Assembly (NCBI GenBank): GCA_964016885.1
Contig: OZ024758.1
Span: 28,706,001-28,770,000, forward strand
DNA from: Eledone cirrhosa
Taxonomy: Eukaryota
Direction of reading: 5' to 3'
Length of the DNA: 64,000 nucleotides
Shown here: positions 40,866 through 50,114 of the stretch, in pieces
Position numbering within the stretch: the stretch's first letter is position 1
Layout: each line of letters starts with the position of its first letter
Program-made: the position numbers and the translations under genes
The notes under the pieces: generated by a model
Seen by the model: only the letters and a program-made list of their open reading frames with translations
Databases searched by the model: none
What the model was told of the DNA's origin: nothing

Positions 40866-43800
40866 GAATATGTCAGGCTTCATTAAAGCTTCTACAGATT
40901 TAATCACAAGGCATTGGTTGGTCTAAGGCTGTAGTAGAAGACACTGAAGATGCCATACAGTGGGACTGAACCTGAAACCATGTGGTCCCCAGTGAACTTG
41001 TTAACCATATAGCTATGCCTGCATCTATTTGGAAAATTCAGTTCATAAACGTTTAATTGAAAATTGTATCTAGAATAACAATATTGCTCGATGTTTATAC
41101 AAATTTTGTATGAAATAAATGTTGTTATGTTTTGGTGTTGTTTTTATCTGAGTAGCTTTTAGAAAATATTTTCTTCATAAATCTTTATATATATATATGT
41201 CTTCCTTCCATTTTCACTAAACTAGAAAATGATATCAATTCCTGAAGTTTATAATATTGTATTTCTGTCTTCTTGCCAATCTGTGATTATTAGCTGTTCT
41301 GTTTGTTTTTTTAATGGTTTCTTTATATCAAATTTTCTCTCTTTGTTCATCGATGTTTTATATATATATGTGTATGTGCTATATATATATATATTTATAT
41401 ATGCTTACCTTATTTCATTCCTTTTGCATGTTCAATCTATTAAAAGCATATTTTCAAATGTTTTTGTCATTTTGATGGGAGGGTTGTTGTGCTAGTTGCA
41501 TCCATTTTTGCTTCAGTTTTTAGATATATTATATACTTTGTAGATATTGTGTGTTTTATATTTCCTCAGATGTGTAATATTCTATTACATTTCTAACATA
41601 AAATGCAAAATGTGTACAAACTAACATAATTTTAAAAACAAGATGTTTGTCTTTGAAAATGAAATTATTTGGTTCAGAAAAAAAACCATTTAACCTTTAG
41701 CATGCTAGAAATTGTATGAGTTATTTCCCTTGACACTGCATTATCTATTAAGGAGAGATTACTCTATTGGTGACATAATGTGCCTGGAGCATCCAGAAGG
41801 TTAAAAGATATTGTGTGCTTATAACGAAATAAATTACATGCTACATGAAACGAGAGAATTATTGTGAAGTATTTTCTTGACGGAAGAAGATGGCCTTAAA
41901 AAATTTGGTTTTGTTCCTTTAGTTGAATATTATCAGTAATGAAACAATGCATTTGATGAGTCTGAAAAATAAATTGAATTTAACCAGAAGGGGTATTACA
42001 AACTCAAATGGTGTACATAAAGTGATTGTTTATGAGTTGTATGAATTGATCAAACACCAAACTGATTAGTAAATGCTGGAGTACAAATAGAACTTGTATT
42101 TTTTTGTATATATTGAAAGCTTGTACATTGAATAACTACAGAGTTCTCACAGAATGTCACTAATCTTATAAGAGTATTCATTTAATTAGATGTACATACT
42201 TGTGCTAGTATTCTCCTGTGATGAGTTGAGTCAGTTCCAGCCAATGAATGCAGTACCACTAACAGAAGCCAGGCCTACTTGGAGATCACAGACATCCAAT
42301 GCAGAGATCATCAACTAGACATGATTCCAACAGCAGACACTATATATATTCAAGCAACAGATATCAATTCAAGATCTAACTTGATCATACCGATCCATTT
42401 TTCCAGCTGCCTGTCTCACTGTTTAACAGATGATTAAACACTTGTGTAGTTGTCATCACTTATCATGAGGTAATGTCAGCATAGTCAAGGTTAGTGACTG
42501 GGAAATCCTTTGGAGTTCTGCAATCCAGTTGATGACGGAGGTAAAAGGTGTTGGAGATACACCGTTTAATTAAATAAGATCCAAAGCTCTCCATTTAATT
42601 GTTTCAATGAAGTTTTCAGAAATAGAAATGCTGTGGAACTTGAAGAATTTAAGAATATGAAGGTTAGGAGGAACACAAAACTGAGTCTTTGAAATATTGA
42701 ATATTTTAGGTAATGGCTTATACTTATAGGAGATAGTGTATACACTCATATATGTTATGAAAATTAATGAATTGCACTGTCTTTGTGTTTGAAAAATAAC
42801 TAATTTACCATACAAACTCATCATTTCTTGCTGTGTGTTAATGTGCCCCAAGCAAAGTATCTACAGTTTCTGTTTTTAAGTAAAAATCTATAAGTTATCT
42901 CTTCTTTATCTACATGTATATACAGTAGTTATTGTTAATATTGTTGAACAAAAGATATCTTGTATGTTTAAATGAACCAGATTCAATCTATTAATGTTGT
43001 AGTGGTTTTATACTATTAGTTTCATTTATTAAACTGTCAAATTAACTAATTTTAAACTGGAGTCTGTTTGACAACATGCTGGCTCAAGGAGAAACCAAAT
43101 ATTCTTAGGAAAGCCTTATAGAAATAAACTGAATAGAGATGTAATGTCTTGATCTAGCAAATAAACTGCGTTGTGTTATTTGGCGATCTACTTTTAACCC
43201 TCTAGCATTTAAACCGGCCGTATCCAGCTAGAATGTTCTCACATCTTTCTCTTCAAACCAGCCTCAACTGGCCACTCATACTGATGTTAAGGTATTGTTC
43301 TCAAAATGAATAATATCAAAATTTTATAGATTTGATATTATGTGAGATAAAGCCTTTACTGTAAGATGAAATAGAATGAAAAATATACAGTAAAAATGTT
43401 GACTTCAAAAATTCTATTTTCTATTTTCAAGTAATTTCAAAGATCCAATTGGATTCTTAATAAACACTAACCTGTCTTCTGCCTTAGCTCCCCTTACTCT
43501 CCTCATAGATTCATGTCTCTAACTTGTTACAGTAAAATAACCTAAATTCTTTTGACTCATTACCAAGCCTGTCAATTTGACCTTACAAACACCTGAAAAG
43601 TTCCCAGATTTGTAACTTTTGCATTCAACTATTTCTCTAATCCAGGATTTCCCAAACTTTTTCAAATGGAGAACTCTTTTTAGTTCAGAAACTTTTGAGG
43701 GAACCCCAAAGTCTAATACTATTATATGGTTGTAATATAATTATACTCCTCTACCTTTTTTCATGGAACCCCAGACACTCCTTTGCAGAACCCACTTTGA

Positions 43801-46800
43801 GAACCACTGTTCTAATCAATAGAACTATTTCCTACAACAAAGCTAATTAATTACAAGCTGTAAATATAAAGACACATCTGTATTGCAGTGTAGAAGAGTT
43901 CTGAACTGACAAGTCACTTCAATTTCCTTAAAAGCTTTAAATCTAACTAGGATATCTATATACACTTAGAATGATGTTTGTACATATAGACCACTTTCTT
44001 TTAGCATGCCTTAAACATTGTACTTCATGAAACTAATTTCTCTAAAGCATGACTTTGTAATATGACATCTGAATGTTAAGTGTAGTCTTTGTTTTTATAT
44101 TTGATCTTTTTGAACCAGACTGCTTTGTTATTTTTAAGCTTGTGTCAGTGTATTTATTGTGAATTCTGAAGTATTTGTTTTCATTCAACTAGTTGACTAT
44201 TACCTATCTTTTAACTCTTAACATCCTGTACCACACGAAACTGCATTAACAAGATATTTTTGGTAGTATGAAATAGCACTGACTGAATTGCATTAAAAAT
44301 GAGTCTTTACTCTAATACTCCAAATTTTTACAATAAGACACTATAAACATTTGGATTAATGTACCAGTTTTTAGATATTCTCTGCTAAATCATTACAGGA
44401 TGTTAAAAGTTAATATCAGATGTTATGATTTTTTATATTGTAATAGCAATATGTTTTATTCTTTTCAGTATTTCTTTATCAAATTAAAGGAGTATGCTGA
44501 TAAAACCAGTTGAACATTAGAGTAAACGCCTTAGCTTTACAGTATTTTATTTCAATTGTGTATGTTTTTAATTCATATTGCAACAAGAATGACTTGATTT
44601 AAGAATCAGTGAATCAACTGTATGCAGCCACATTAGTTAATTAGTTGATTAATATTTTTTAAAAAGGGACAGGGGTTAAAACTAACTGAAAATATGTTAA
44701 TGTGGTAAATGAATTTGGTGCTTCTTAAATTACAGATTTTCTCAAGATTCCAACTTAACTCTTTAGCATTTAAACCAGCCATATCTGGCTAAAATTCTCT
44801 CACTTATTTCTGTTATAACTGGCCACTCATACTGACTTTAAGGTATTATTCTCAAAATAAATTACATCAGAATCTCATGGATTCGATATTATGTGAGGTA
44901 AAGCCTTTACCGTGAAAATACAATAGTATATATAGAGTAATGTAAATGCTAAAGAGTTAAAGTATTACTTTCAGTAATTTCTTCAATTAATATGTTGTTT
45001 TTTTTTGTTTGTTTATTTAGTTTTTTTGTTTTTTTGTAACAGTCTGTTTATTTGAAAGCTGTTAAAAATTATCACTTATTAATTTATTAAATTATTTCTA
45101 ATTTCTTTTTTCTTTTTAGAATTGTTAGCAGAATCATTGCCAGTAGCTACAAGTCATTCTGTGCTAACACAGTACCCTCCCTTGCAAAATCAACTCCAAG
45201 GGTCTATGCTCTCTGGAAGACCTCCTCTGCCACCACCTCCACCACCACCTCATCAATCTCGACTGCTGATACCAAGTCAAAGTACGCCACTCCCACCCCC
45301 TCCCCCACCACCATCCACTGTTGCTGTTTCTGAAAGTCCAGGAATTCCTTCTTTGATGTCTATTCAGACGTATCACCAGCGATTTCAAGCTCCAGCTGGT
45401 CAACCTGGACCACCGCCGCCACCACTGCCAACTCAGAATCAGCTCCCACCACCTCCCCCACAACAGGTCCCTCCTCCTGGACCAGTGGTCTCAGCAGCTC
45501 CACCTCCACCCCCTCCCATGCCCCTAATAACATCAACTCGTCCCCCATGCGTAGTTGGGCCCCCTCCACCTCCTCCAAATGTTCAGCCAGGTCCACAACA
45601 ACCACCACCTCCACAGCAACCTCAGCAGCAACCTCCTCCACCATTACCCCAGATATCACAACATCATACACATTATGCCTATCCAGGTAAGTCACTCTAT
45701 GCAGCCACTTAATCATTTATAGAGAACTATATTGTCAAACTGAAATTATATGAAATAATGAAAATGATTGTGGACAGTGCTCAGGTGCACTACAACTCAT
45801 CAAAGGTGCATGTATAGTACATAGAATAATGTACAAATGTCAGGAAAGTGAACAATGTATGAGTCACAATTTACACACAGATACATGCATGTGTGCCTGT
45901 ATGTGGAGGGAGAATATGAGGTGTAGTGTTGGCAAATTTCGGTTGAAGGATGCGGTTATATAGGTATCAGTAAAATATAAATTTAAGTTTGTGTGTGTAT
46001 ATATATGTGTGTAGAAGTTTGGGAAATTGTGGTGAGTTTGTGTGTATAAAAGAAATGCATATGTGGATGTTTCTCAATGTAACAAGGACTATAGGGAAGC
46101 AAGTTGGTTATTGATATGAAACAACAGCTGTGTGGTCCAGAGAATTGTGACGGGTGACAATCTTTTGTAATCTGGTTTCACCTATGTACATTAAACCAGA
46201 GGGTTGGCATTTTCTACAGTAAATAACTTTTGGGGGAGGTGCATGTGAAGTGGTCCATGGCATAGAAGGAAGAACCAGGACAGTGTAAGGTGGGGTTTTG
46301 GATGAAGGGGCATGTGTTGTGGATATAGGGACAGATAAAGCATCTGGGTGGGAGTGAGGGAGTGGTTCAGAGATAGCTAATTTAGTGTTAGCAGGGTGGG
46401 ACGAGCTAAAATTAAGGTAGGAGTGGGAGTCAACAGGTTTTTAAGTTGGTGGTGGAGGTGATAAGTAGATAGATGACCAGGAAGTTGACACTTGCTGGAG
46501 GTAAATGTGAAATCTAAAATGAAGTGGAAAGAGTTAATGACAGGGGTGGGCTGTTTGTAGGTTAGGAAAGTGCTGCCAATACAGCTATTGATGTTTCCGC
46601 CATAGGGTGGGGTTGGTGAATTGGGTGAAGATCTGAGTCTCTAGGTAACGAACAACACATAAAATGCCAATTCTATGGTTTATTATTGTACATAGAGGAA
46701 ATAGATCCTAAGCTAGTTGATTATTTTAGGAAAATTTTGTTGGGCAAAATAAATTAGTACTGAATCACAAACACCTGTTGTCCATCACTCCAATCTTCCA

Positions 46801-49127
46801 AGCCACTTCCACCTTCATTTAATTGTCTTTTGTTTTTTTCCAATACCATGGAATGCCTATCACATGTCTAAGTTGTGAACAACAAAAACTAACATGCATT
46901 CCTCTAATCTCCTCCATTAACATATACAGGTGAACTTCACGCAATGAACAACACATACCTAGGCACAAATCTACTTGGACAAATCCATTTCTGAAACGTC
47001 CACATATATCAGATGGTGCTATTAAGTTAGACATGGCCTGGGCCAATACTGGCCAAAACCTATCAAAGATATTATACATCATGCACACTTACACCCACAA
47101 CTTCTGTACACTTCTGGAAATAGCATGACATTTTATGTGCCCTTTTTTCTTGAAAACCCTTGACACTAAAAATTCCTGTCCACTATTGCTGGTTTTATTC
47201 TTTATGATGCCACTTTGCTTTTTACTGTCTTAAAAACACTTCTTTTACACCATATAACGCATTGAATTTGTTTTGTTTTTTTACACTGCTTTTGTTCATG
47301 AATCACTTGGGATACATAGATAGATATATCCATATATATATATACATATATACATATATGTATTATAGATAACGAGGAATCAGTGACGCATCAAAACACA
47401 ATTTATCAACATATTACATGTGTTTCTCTGACGATCAGCTCAAGGCAGGATCTATTACAGATTAAACCTGACTCTGCATTCGCAAGGTCCTCAGATATGG
47501 TAGCCTACGGACGCATTTATTGCAACCATACAACTATACAACTATATATATATGTCATTTTTACTTACCTGATAAAAAACAAACCTGGATTTATTAAGTT
47601 TAATATATTAAATATATAAAGTTATGTTGGTACCACAACATCCAGTCCGAAACAAATGAGCTCGTGTAGGTGTCACGACAAAAAAACACACAGTCCACAC
47701 TGTAATGCGGCCGTGTAAGTAACACGGTAAAAACCTCCCAGTCCACACTGTAAACGGTGTTAGGAAGGGCATCCAGCCGTAGAAAACCCGCCAGACAGTC
47801 CTGCGCAAGACAACCAATCTTGCCTCAAGTGGGACAATTCCCGTCCAGACCCATGCTAGCGTGGAAGATGGATGTTAAACTATGTTGATGATGAAGGCTG
47901 GTGGGTTGGCAGTATCGGTAAAGCATTGGACAACATGCTTGCAGCATATAGTTATGGCCCTTTACATTCTAAGTTCAAATCCCACCAAGATTAGCTTAGC
48001 CTTTCATGCTTACAGGATCTATAAAATAAAGTACCAGTAACACACTGGGATTGAATTAATCAACTTCCCCTCCCCCAAAATTGTTGAGCTTTTGCCTAAA
48101 TCAGAAACCATTATGAAAATAATATATTAGTTGCAGGAAAATTAATAAATTGCTTTGAAATCAATTTTTTATTTTTTTTATTTGATTATAATTAACCGAT
48201 GTTTAAAATTATGATTCTATATGGTTCTCTGATTTTTAATGAGATATATTAATTTTGCTAAACCTATCGTTTCTATTTAACTTTTCTGATATAAATTTTC
48301 ATTATTGTAAACTTAGTGATTATTGTTATGAAGTTAGGTGAGCAGAAGTGGAAAAGTATGGTTGTTAAAGATTACAGCAGTTGTTTCAGTAGAGGGTTTC
48401 TTCTACTTCTTTTAGTGATCTCTCTCTCTCTCTCTCTCTCACTGGCTGTTATTTTTCTTTCATTACAGGTGTTGTATCTAGTGCATCTCACCTCCAATCA
48501 TCAACTCAGACCACTCAGTTTAGCCATCCAGCTCCAGTTCCAGCAGTGTCCAGTCAACCTCCACAGTATCCACCAGGACCTGCTCCTCCAACATCTCAAA
48601 CAACAGCAAATTATGGACCGCCGCCACCTCAATTGCCAGGACCAGCACTTCAGCAGTCACAGTTCACACATCCTCCCCCACCCCCTCCTCCTCCAAACAC
48701 AGGACAAATCCCTTGTCAAGGACAATCGCTTGTACTTCAAAATCAGAGCACTGCAAACTTTCAGATGCCTCCACCCCCACCTCCTCCTCCACATGGAACA
48801 ACATATGTGCGGCAACCTCCGCCACCTCCCCAAGCGATTTTACCTCCACCACCCAATGGGAGCAACTATCCGCCTCCACCGCAACATGTGGCACCTCCTT
48901 ATGTGCCTCCCCCTGCTCCAACTGGAAACCCTTCTAATCATCCACCTCCCCAGCCATTCTCTACAACACAAACCCAACAACCTCTTCCACCACCTCCACC
49001 TCCTCCACCTCCACAACAACAGCAGCAACAACAACAACCTTACACCATTAATCAAACACAATTATCATCATCTACTCAAAAAACTTATTTCCCTCGGTCG
49101 AAATACAACCAATCCCAGAACTACTAA
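4289..49127 (+). CDS. KMT2E: KMT2E/MLL5 (SETD5/UpSET family) PHD + inactive SET chromatin regulator; spliced CDS, ~2,080 aa
   Basis: Exons joined by GT-AG introns with matching phases: 4289-4359, 4681-4783, 6635-6858, 7054-7190, 12227-12408, 13184-13222, 13323-13396, 13518-13635, 14224-14301, 15305-15405, 15566-15683, 16865-16974, 17839-17919, 18012-18222, 19390-19947, 21051-21179, 22201-22283, 22420-22455, 22880-23222, (23317-23327), 23389/23394-23589, 24746-24896, 25040-25251, 25689-26921, 37570-37762, 38592-38705, 39820-39930, 45120-45686, 48469-49127. Family motifs: [114 protein letters not shown]. Confidence 0.95.
4681..4783 (+). CDS. KMT2E: KMT2E coding exon 2 (..PESREAV..FGLPYQ); alternative in-frame donor after 4792
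   Basis: ttctag acceptor, phase 2 to 0; GLPYQ joins DHNY in the next exon. Confidence 0.85.
4821..5032 (+). mobile_element. Second SINE family (MESC/Meta-like domain); related copies ~33440-33580, 36770-36920, 47896-48110, 50520-50690
   Basis: Shared GAGGTTAACTTTGCCTTTCATCC..GGGGTCGATAAAATAAAGTACCAG core. Confidence 0.75.
5867..6569. mobile_element. Nested insertion: TTAA MITE family B > MITE family A (5926-6408) > tRNA-SINE (5967-6210)
   Basis: Outer termini TTAACCCTTTTG / CAAAGGGGTTAA; inner termini TTAACTCTTTAGCATTT / AATGCTAAAGGGTTAA; SINE A/B boxes inside. Confidence 0.7.
6635..6858 (+). CDS. KMT2E: KMT2E exon 3: DHNY HCF-1-binding motif, Pro-rich segment, PHD N-half
   Basis: [18 protein letters not shown]...[21 protein letters not shown]; AG|GTGAGG donor. 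Confidence 0.95.
7054..7190 (+). CDS. KMT2E: KMT2E exon 4: PHD C-half
   Basis: [26 protein letters not shown]; phase 2 to 1. Confidence 0.95.
8050..8920 (+). mobile_element. Old CR1/Jockey-like LINE RT fragment; related pieces at ~2520-2780 (+), 2975-3215 (-), 5565-5795 (-), 61140-61575 (+)
   Basis: Degraded motifs [40 protein letters not shown]. Confidence 0.55.
8281..8440. mobile_element. MITE family A (partial)
   Basis: TTAACCCTTTAGCATTTAAAC terminus plus family body. Confidence 0.7.
12227..12408 (+). CDS. KMT2E: KMT2E exon 5 ([11 protein letters not shown], Lys-rich)
   Basis: taccag acceptor, AAG|GTAACT donor, phase 1 to 0. Confidence 0.9.
13184..13222 (+). CDS. KMT2E: KMT2E exon 6 ([13 protein letters not shown]), 39-nt symmetric exon
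   Basis: ctgtag acceptor, AAG|GTGAGC donor, phase 0-0. Confidence 0.75.
13323..13396 (+). CDS. KMT2E: KMT2E exon 7
   Basis: cttag acceptor, AA|GTAATT donor; phase 0 to 2 matches neighbours. Confidence 0.75.
13518..13635 (+). CDS. KMT2E: KMT2E exon 8
   Basis: ttttag acceptor, ATG|GTAAGT donor; phase 2 to 0. Confidence 0.8.
13735..14035 (-). mobile_element. CR1-like LINE 3' end; related piece ~45765-45960
   Basis: Minus strand [14 protein letters not shown]..; shared GTGCTCAGGTG.ACTACAAC tail. Confidence 0.55.
14224..14301 (+). CDS. KMT2E: KMT2E exon 9 (pre-SET, ..LQKNKK)
   Basis: tacag acceptor, AAA|GTAAGC donor; phase 0-0. Confidence 0.8.
14448..14652. mobile_element. MITE family A
   Basis: TTAACCCTTTAGCATTTAC terminus; second terminus eroded. 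Confidence 0.75.
15305..15405 (+). CDS. KMT2E: KMT2E exon 10: SET domain start ([19 protein letters not shown])
   Basis: SET N-terminal motif; tttcag acceptor. Confidence 0.9.
15566..15683 (+). CDS. KMT2E: KMT2E exon 11: SET core ([22 protein letters not shown])
   Basis: RRSC in place of NHSC, typical of MLL5/SETD5/Set3. Confidence 0.95.
15927..16238 (+). mobile_element. tRNA/CORE-like SINE with a different 3' body
   Basis: Same head as the 62654 copy up to GAAATGAGATG, then unrelated sequence. Confidence 0.8.
16534..16772. mobile_element. TTAA MITE family B (related copies ~17148-17388, 25331-25615, 29168-29302, 59845-60064)
   Basis: Termini TTAACCCTTT(T/A)G(T/A)TACC and GAAAT(A/G)TGGT(A/C)A..AGGGTTAA-like. 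Confidence 0.6.
16865..16974 (+). CDS. KMT2E: KMT2E exon 12: SET C-terminus ([13 protein letters not shown])
   Basis: GxEIT motif; GG|GTAAGT donor. Confidence 0.92.
17560..17760. mobile_element. MITE family A
   Basis: Both TIRs present. Confidence 0.8.
17839..17919 (+). CDS. KMT2E: KMT2E exon 13: post-SET ([10 protein letters not shown])
   Basis: CxC-x4-C motif; phase 2-2. Confidence 0.9.
18012..18222 (+). CDS. KMT2E: KMT2E exon 14 (Ala-rich)
   Basis: ttgcag acceptor, AAG|GTACTG donor; open frame. Confidence 0.85.
18427..18562. mobile_element. MITE family A, internally deleted
   Basis: Both TIRs with TTAA. Confidence 0.75.
19390..19947 (+). CDS. KMT2E: KMT2E exon 15 (Ser/Pro/Ala-rich, ends PPRKM)
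   Basis: ttctag acceptor, ATG|GTAAGT donor; 186 codons open. Confidence 0.88.
21051..21179 (+). CDS. KMT2E: KMT2E exon 16 ([24 protein letters not shown], predicted coiled coil)
   Basis: Conserved family motif; AGA|GTAAGT donor. Confidence 0.93.
22201..22283 (+). CDS. KMT2E: KMT2E exon 17
   Basis: ttgcag acceptor, AA|GTAAGC donor; phase 0 to 2. Confidence 0.8.
22420..22455 (+). CDS. KMT2E: KMT2E exon 18 (36 nt, basic)
   Basis: tttcag acceptor, AG|GTATGT donor; phase 2-2. Confidence 0.78.
22575..22780. mobile_element. MITE family A
   Basis: Both TIRs present. Confidence 0.8.
22880..23222 (+). CDS. KMT2E: KMT2E exon 19 (ends FKFKTKK)
   Basis: ttttag acceptor; open frame; KTKK motif. Confidence 0.88.
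23317..23327 (+). CDS. KMT2E: Candidate 11-nt KMT2E microexon (gives KTKK-QIIC-EWL when spliced to 23394)
   Basis: Strong polypyrimidine+CAG acceptor at 23316; GT at 23328; restores the spacing of the KTKKxxxxEWL motif. Confidence 0.5.
23389..23589 (+). CDS. KMT2E: KMT2E exon 20 (EWLEGK...GSAKK); acceptor at 23388 or 23393
   Basis: Open frame; AAA|GTAAGT donor; SAKK joins RWLRQA in the next exon. Confidence 0.88.
24095..24282. mobile_element. MITE family A inserted in a SINE-like tail
   Basis: TTAACCCTT...GCTAAAGGGTTAA. Confidence 0.75.
24746..24896 (+). CDS. KMT2E: KMT2E exon 21 (RWLRQAM..)
   Basis: KKRWLxQA motif; phase 0 to 1. Confidence 0.9.
25040..25251 (+). CDS. KMT2E: KMT2E exon 22 ([10 protein letters not shown]..)
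   Basis: TPLKKRR motif; phase 1 to 0. Confidence 0.9.
25689..26921 (+). CDS. KMT2E: KMT2E exon 23: large acidic Ser/Thr-rich exon ending PSKKK
   Basis: 411 open codons; ttctag acceptor; AAG|GTGAGT donor; KKK joins VSLLEYRKR. Confidence 0.88.
28125..28191 (-). ncRNA. Inverted copy of the hammerhead motif (C3U core variant TTGATGA)
   Basis: Reverse complement reads ctgcTTGATGAggtcacagccaataatggctgtcactGAAAtatatatagcag. Confidence 0.55.
28281..28347 (+). ncRNA. Type-I minimal hammerhead ribozyme motif (Penelope-like)
   Basis: CTGC-CTGATGA-G-GTCACAGC-taataatg-GCTGTCAC-T-GAAA-T-ATAT-A-TA^GCAG; stem I extended by AATTCT/AGAATT. Confidence 0.7.
29686..29880. mobile_element. MITE family A
   Basis: Both TIRs with TTAA. 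Confidence 0.8.
29976..30262 (+). mobile_element. Same SINE family, 5'-truncated with a 5' fold-back
   Basis: Body and tail match; 20-bp inverted duplication at the 5' end. Confidence 0.8.
33300..36500. promoter_or_regulatory. CpG-retaining intronic segment, possible internal promoter or enhancer
   Basis: CpGs visibly frequent (about 19 in 35641-36120) compared with flanking introns; E-box CACGTG twice, GTAAACAAA and CCAAT motifs. Confidence 0.35.
37328..37505. mobile_element. MITE family A
   Basis: Both TIRs with TTAA. Confidence 0.78.
37570..37762 (+). CDS. KMT2E: KMT2E exon 24 (VSLLEYRKR..)
   Basis: Conserved family motif; cttcag acceptor; phase 0 to 1. Confidence 0.92.
38592..38705 (+). 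CDS. KMT2E: KMT2E exon 25 (..[12 protein letters not shown]..)
   Basis: Phase 1-1; G|GTATGT donor; open frame. Confidence 0.82.
38850..39255 (-). mobile_element. RTE-clade LINE 3' fragment (RT C-terminus)
   Basis: [43 protein letters not shown] with stops. Confidence 0.85.
39820..39930 (+). CDS. KMT2E: KMT2E exon 26 (poly-Pro); tandem in-frame donors after 39924 and 39930
   Basis: ttttag acceptor; GTGAGG and GTGAGT donors, both phase 1. Confidence 0.78.
40449..40831 (-). mobile_element. Same SINE family with a duplicated 49-bp unit
   Basis: Reverse complement of the 62654 copy. Confidence 0.85.
43194..43365. mobile_element. MITE family A (partial)
   Basis: One TIR plus body. Confidence 0.7.
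43643..43809. mobile_element. hAT-type MITE
   Basis: TIRs CAGGATTTCCCAAACT / ACTTTGAGAACCACTG; 8-bp TSD CTCTAATC / TTCTAATC. Confidence 0.7.
44211..44413. mobile_element. TTAA MITE family C (related copy ~56538-56754)
   Basis: TIR TTAACTCTTAACATCCTGTA / TACAGGATGTTAAAAGTTAA. Confidence 0.7.
44755..44960. mobile_element. MITE family A
   Basis: TTAACTCTTTAGCATTTA / TAAATGCTAAAGAGTTAA. Confidence 0.82.
45120..45686 (+). CDS. KMT2E: KMT2E exon 27 (Pro/Gln-rich)
   Basis: ttttag acceptor, CAG|GTAAGT donor; phase 1-1. Confidence 0.87.
46100..46900. mobile_element. Degraded Penelope-like element (GIY-YIG endonuclease) fragments in opposite orientations
   Basis: Minus strand: [32 protein letters not shown] (YIGET at ~46174-46188); plus strand ~46770-46830: [11 protein letters not shown]. 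Confidence 0.6.
47410..47499 (-). ncRNA. Degenerate type-I hammerhead motif with long stem II
   Basis: Minus strand: CATAT-CTGAGGA-[long imperfect hairpin]-GAAA-C-ACAT-G-TA^ATATG; closing pair of stem II mismatched. Confidence 0.5.
48469..49127 (+). CDS. KMT2E: KMT2E terminal coding exon (Pro/Gln-rich, ends SQNY*)
   Basis: ttacag acceptor, phase 1; TAA at 49125-49127. Confidence 0.87.
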
Positions 49128-49710
49128 AAACTTTGTTTCTCACTCGCTATACATAGATCCGCTGGTAAATCAACCAGTCATCTTAGATAAGAAATCGGTG
49201 GAATGTACATAAACCCCTCACATTTGGCTTGTATATATGCTGTCATCTGATCATTCATTATTTGTAAGTTGTAAATTTGCCTGAAGTTTTCATCTCTCAT
49301 TTTCCCTGGGCAGCCATAAATCTGTTGCTGGAAGCAGTATATATATATTAAAAGAAAAAAAAGAAAAAAAAAGAAAACCACCATTCACCCCATATAAGTC
49401 ATTAAGAAGTTGAAAAACAAAAAAGAATGAAGGTAATAGAAAGTGTAACGTGAACACAAATCGCGGTGAAATTTTATTTTCCTATTGGATGTGTACAGTC
49501 CATTTTGTGCAGTATCGTGTTCATAAACAACCATATTGTCCTAGTATTTGAAGGACATGTTAGGTTGATGACTACATTGTTTGTAATGCCTTGGTGTAGA
49601 TCTGAAATATGTCTTAATACTGTCTAGATGCCATATCCTTCCCAGCATCATATATATGACCAGCCCTTGTATAAAGTTGCCTGCATGTTTAACCCTGCAT
49701 ACATGTGTAA

Positions 49711-49716
49711 AATAAA
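49711..49716 (+). terminator. Likely polyadenylation signal of KMT2E
   Basis: AATAAA about 580 nt after the stop, followed by a U/GU-rich tract. Confidence 0.55.
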
Positions 49717-49884
49717 CATGTCAGTTTTCCTTTTTACTTTGACTATATGTTGTTATCCTTACTTTGGTGGGTGATTATATTAAATATAGAGATGAGCTGA
49801 TGCTGTACGACTGGAATGTACTTCTGTACATACATGTTACATATTTCAGGTTAATGATGTTAAATCATAATTAGAAAAGTGGAT

Positions 49885-50114
49885 TTAACCCTTTAGCATT
49901 TACATTACTCTATATTTACTATTGTATTTTCACTGTAAAGGCTTTTACCTTATATAATTATCTCACATAATATCAAATCTATGAGATTTTGATATTATTT
50001 ATTTTGAGAAAGATACCTTAACATCAGTATGAGCTGCAGGTTACAGCCGGTTAGAACAGAAAGAGGTAAGTGAATTCTGGCTGGATACGGCCGGTTTAAA
50101 TGCTAAAGGGTTAA
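49885..50114. mobile_element. MITE family A, near full length (piggyBac-type: TTAA target, CCC termini)
   Basis: TTAA-CCCTTTAGCATTTA ... TAAATGCTAAAGGG-TTAA. Confidence 0.85.

Noticed and set aside
45164-45716. Minus-strand Trp/Arg and Val/Glu-rich ORFs (also 48664-49061, and the + shadow frame 19520-19930)
   Set aside because: Antisense or shifted shadows of low-complexity coding exons.
48316-49212. 298-aa His/Leu-rich ORF overlapping the last exon
   Set aside because: Shadow frame of CCA/CCT-rich Pro codons; the incoming phase-1 splice selects the Pro-rich frame ending at 49127.
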